A DNA stretch of 37,658 nt from positions 1 through 37,658 of the forward strand of contig JAHHIK010000084.1 in the NCBI GenBank assembly GCA_019358935.1, read 5' to 3'. This stretch comes from Tolypothrix carrinoi HA7290-LM1 (GTDB taxonomy: Bacteria; Cyanobacteriota; Cyanobacteriia; Cyanobacteriales; Nostocaceae). Position 1 is the first letter of the stretch. Every line of letters starts with the position of its first letter. The position numbers and the translations under genes were made by a program. Positions 37,415 to 37,658 of this stretch are shown piece after piece. The notes below the pieces were generated by a model, which saw only the letters and a program-made list of their open reading frames with translations, was not told where the DNA came from and searched no databases.

Positions 37415-37658
37415 TCTGAGAACTTAAGAAATAAAGTGCATCTATTAAGCCATTGTAGATTTTCTAGTCTTTAGCATATCAACTGCTGTTAAATAAATCA
37501 CACCTGGGGATGATTTTTAGGATTTCTTCTCATACTAACCCAAGTTGCGGGTTATCGATTGATACGGCTTGTGATCACTCAATTCATGCGATCGCGTACA
37601 ACAAAGTGGCGTTGGTGCGTAGCGCCAACGTGCCGATGCCGTTGTTACCAGTATTCAG

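Overview
Window from a heterocyst-forming cyanobacterium (Nostocales). The basis is roughly 35 HIP1 GCGATCGC octamers counted by eye, heptameric STRR-type repeats, pspA-vipp1-trx synteny and an NsiR1-like sRNA with a DIF1 promoter. The left ~11 kb is packed with mobile DNA, nearly all on the minus strand. A group II intron (A, 5' end at 4738) sits in the 3' end of a TRAP dctQ gene. Its RT breaks off at ~3422 into a 5'-truncated, frameshifted tnpB. That tnpB carries two further group II introns: B (complete, 346-2739, intact RT-X-HNH ORF) and C (5' end at 116, running off the window). Next come nested MITEs, a 7-bladed PLL-type lectin gene cleanly split by an IS630 element, and menB, whose last codon and stop are rebuilt by a tnpB-only IS200/IS605 element inserted next to a TTTAA motif. 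The rest is mostly core genes: DUF721, pspA, vipp1, trx-x, aminotransferase, PEP-CTERM protein, response regulator, uvrC, Uma2, rlmN, an APC-permease-PAS-histidine kinase fusion, MIF, cobM, lgt, coaD, cdv3, ycf66, tldE/tldD and cysS. These are heavily colonised by small repeats, including in-frame GGACAAG-repeat insertions in three housekeeping enzymes, self-nesting ~45-bp elements, a HIP1-targeted insert and GTAG REP-like hairpins. Family assignments come from motif recognition and memory, not database searches.
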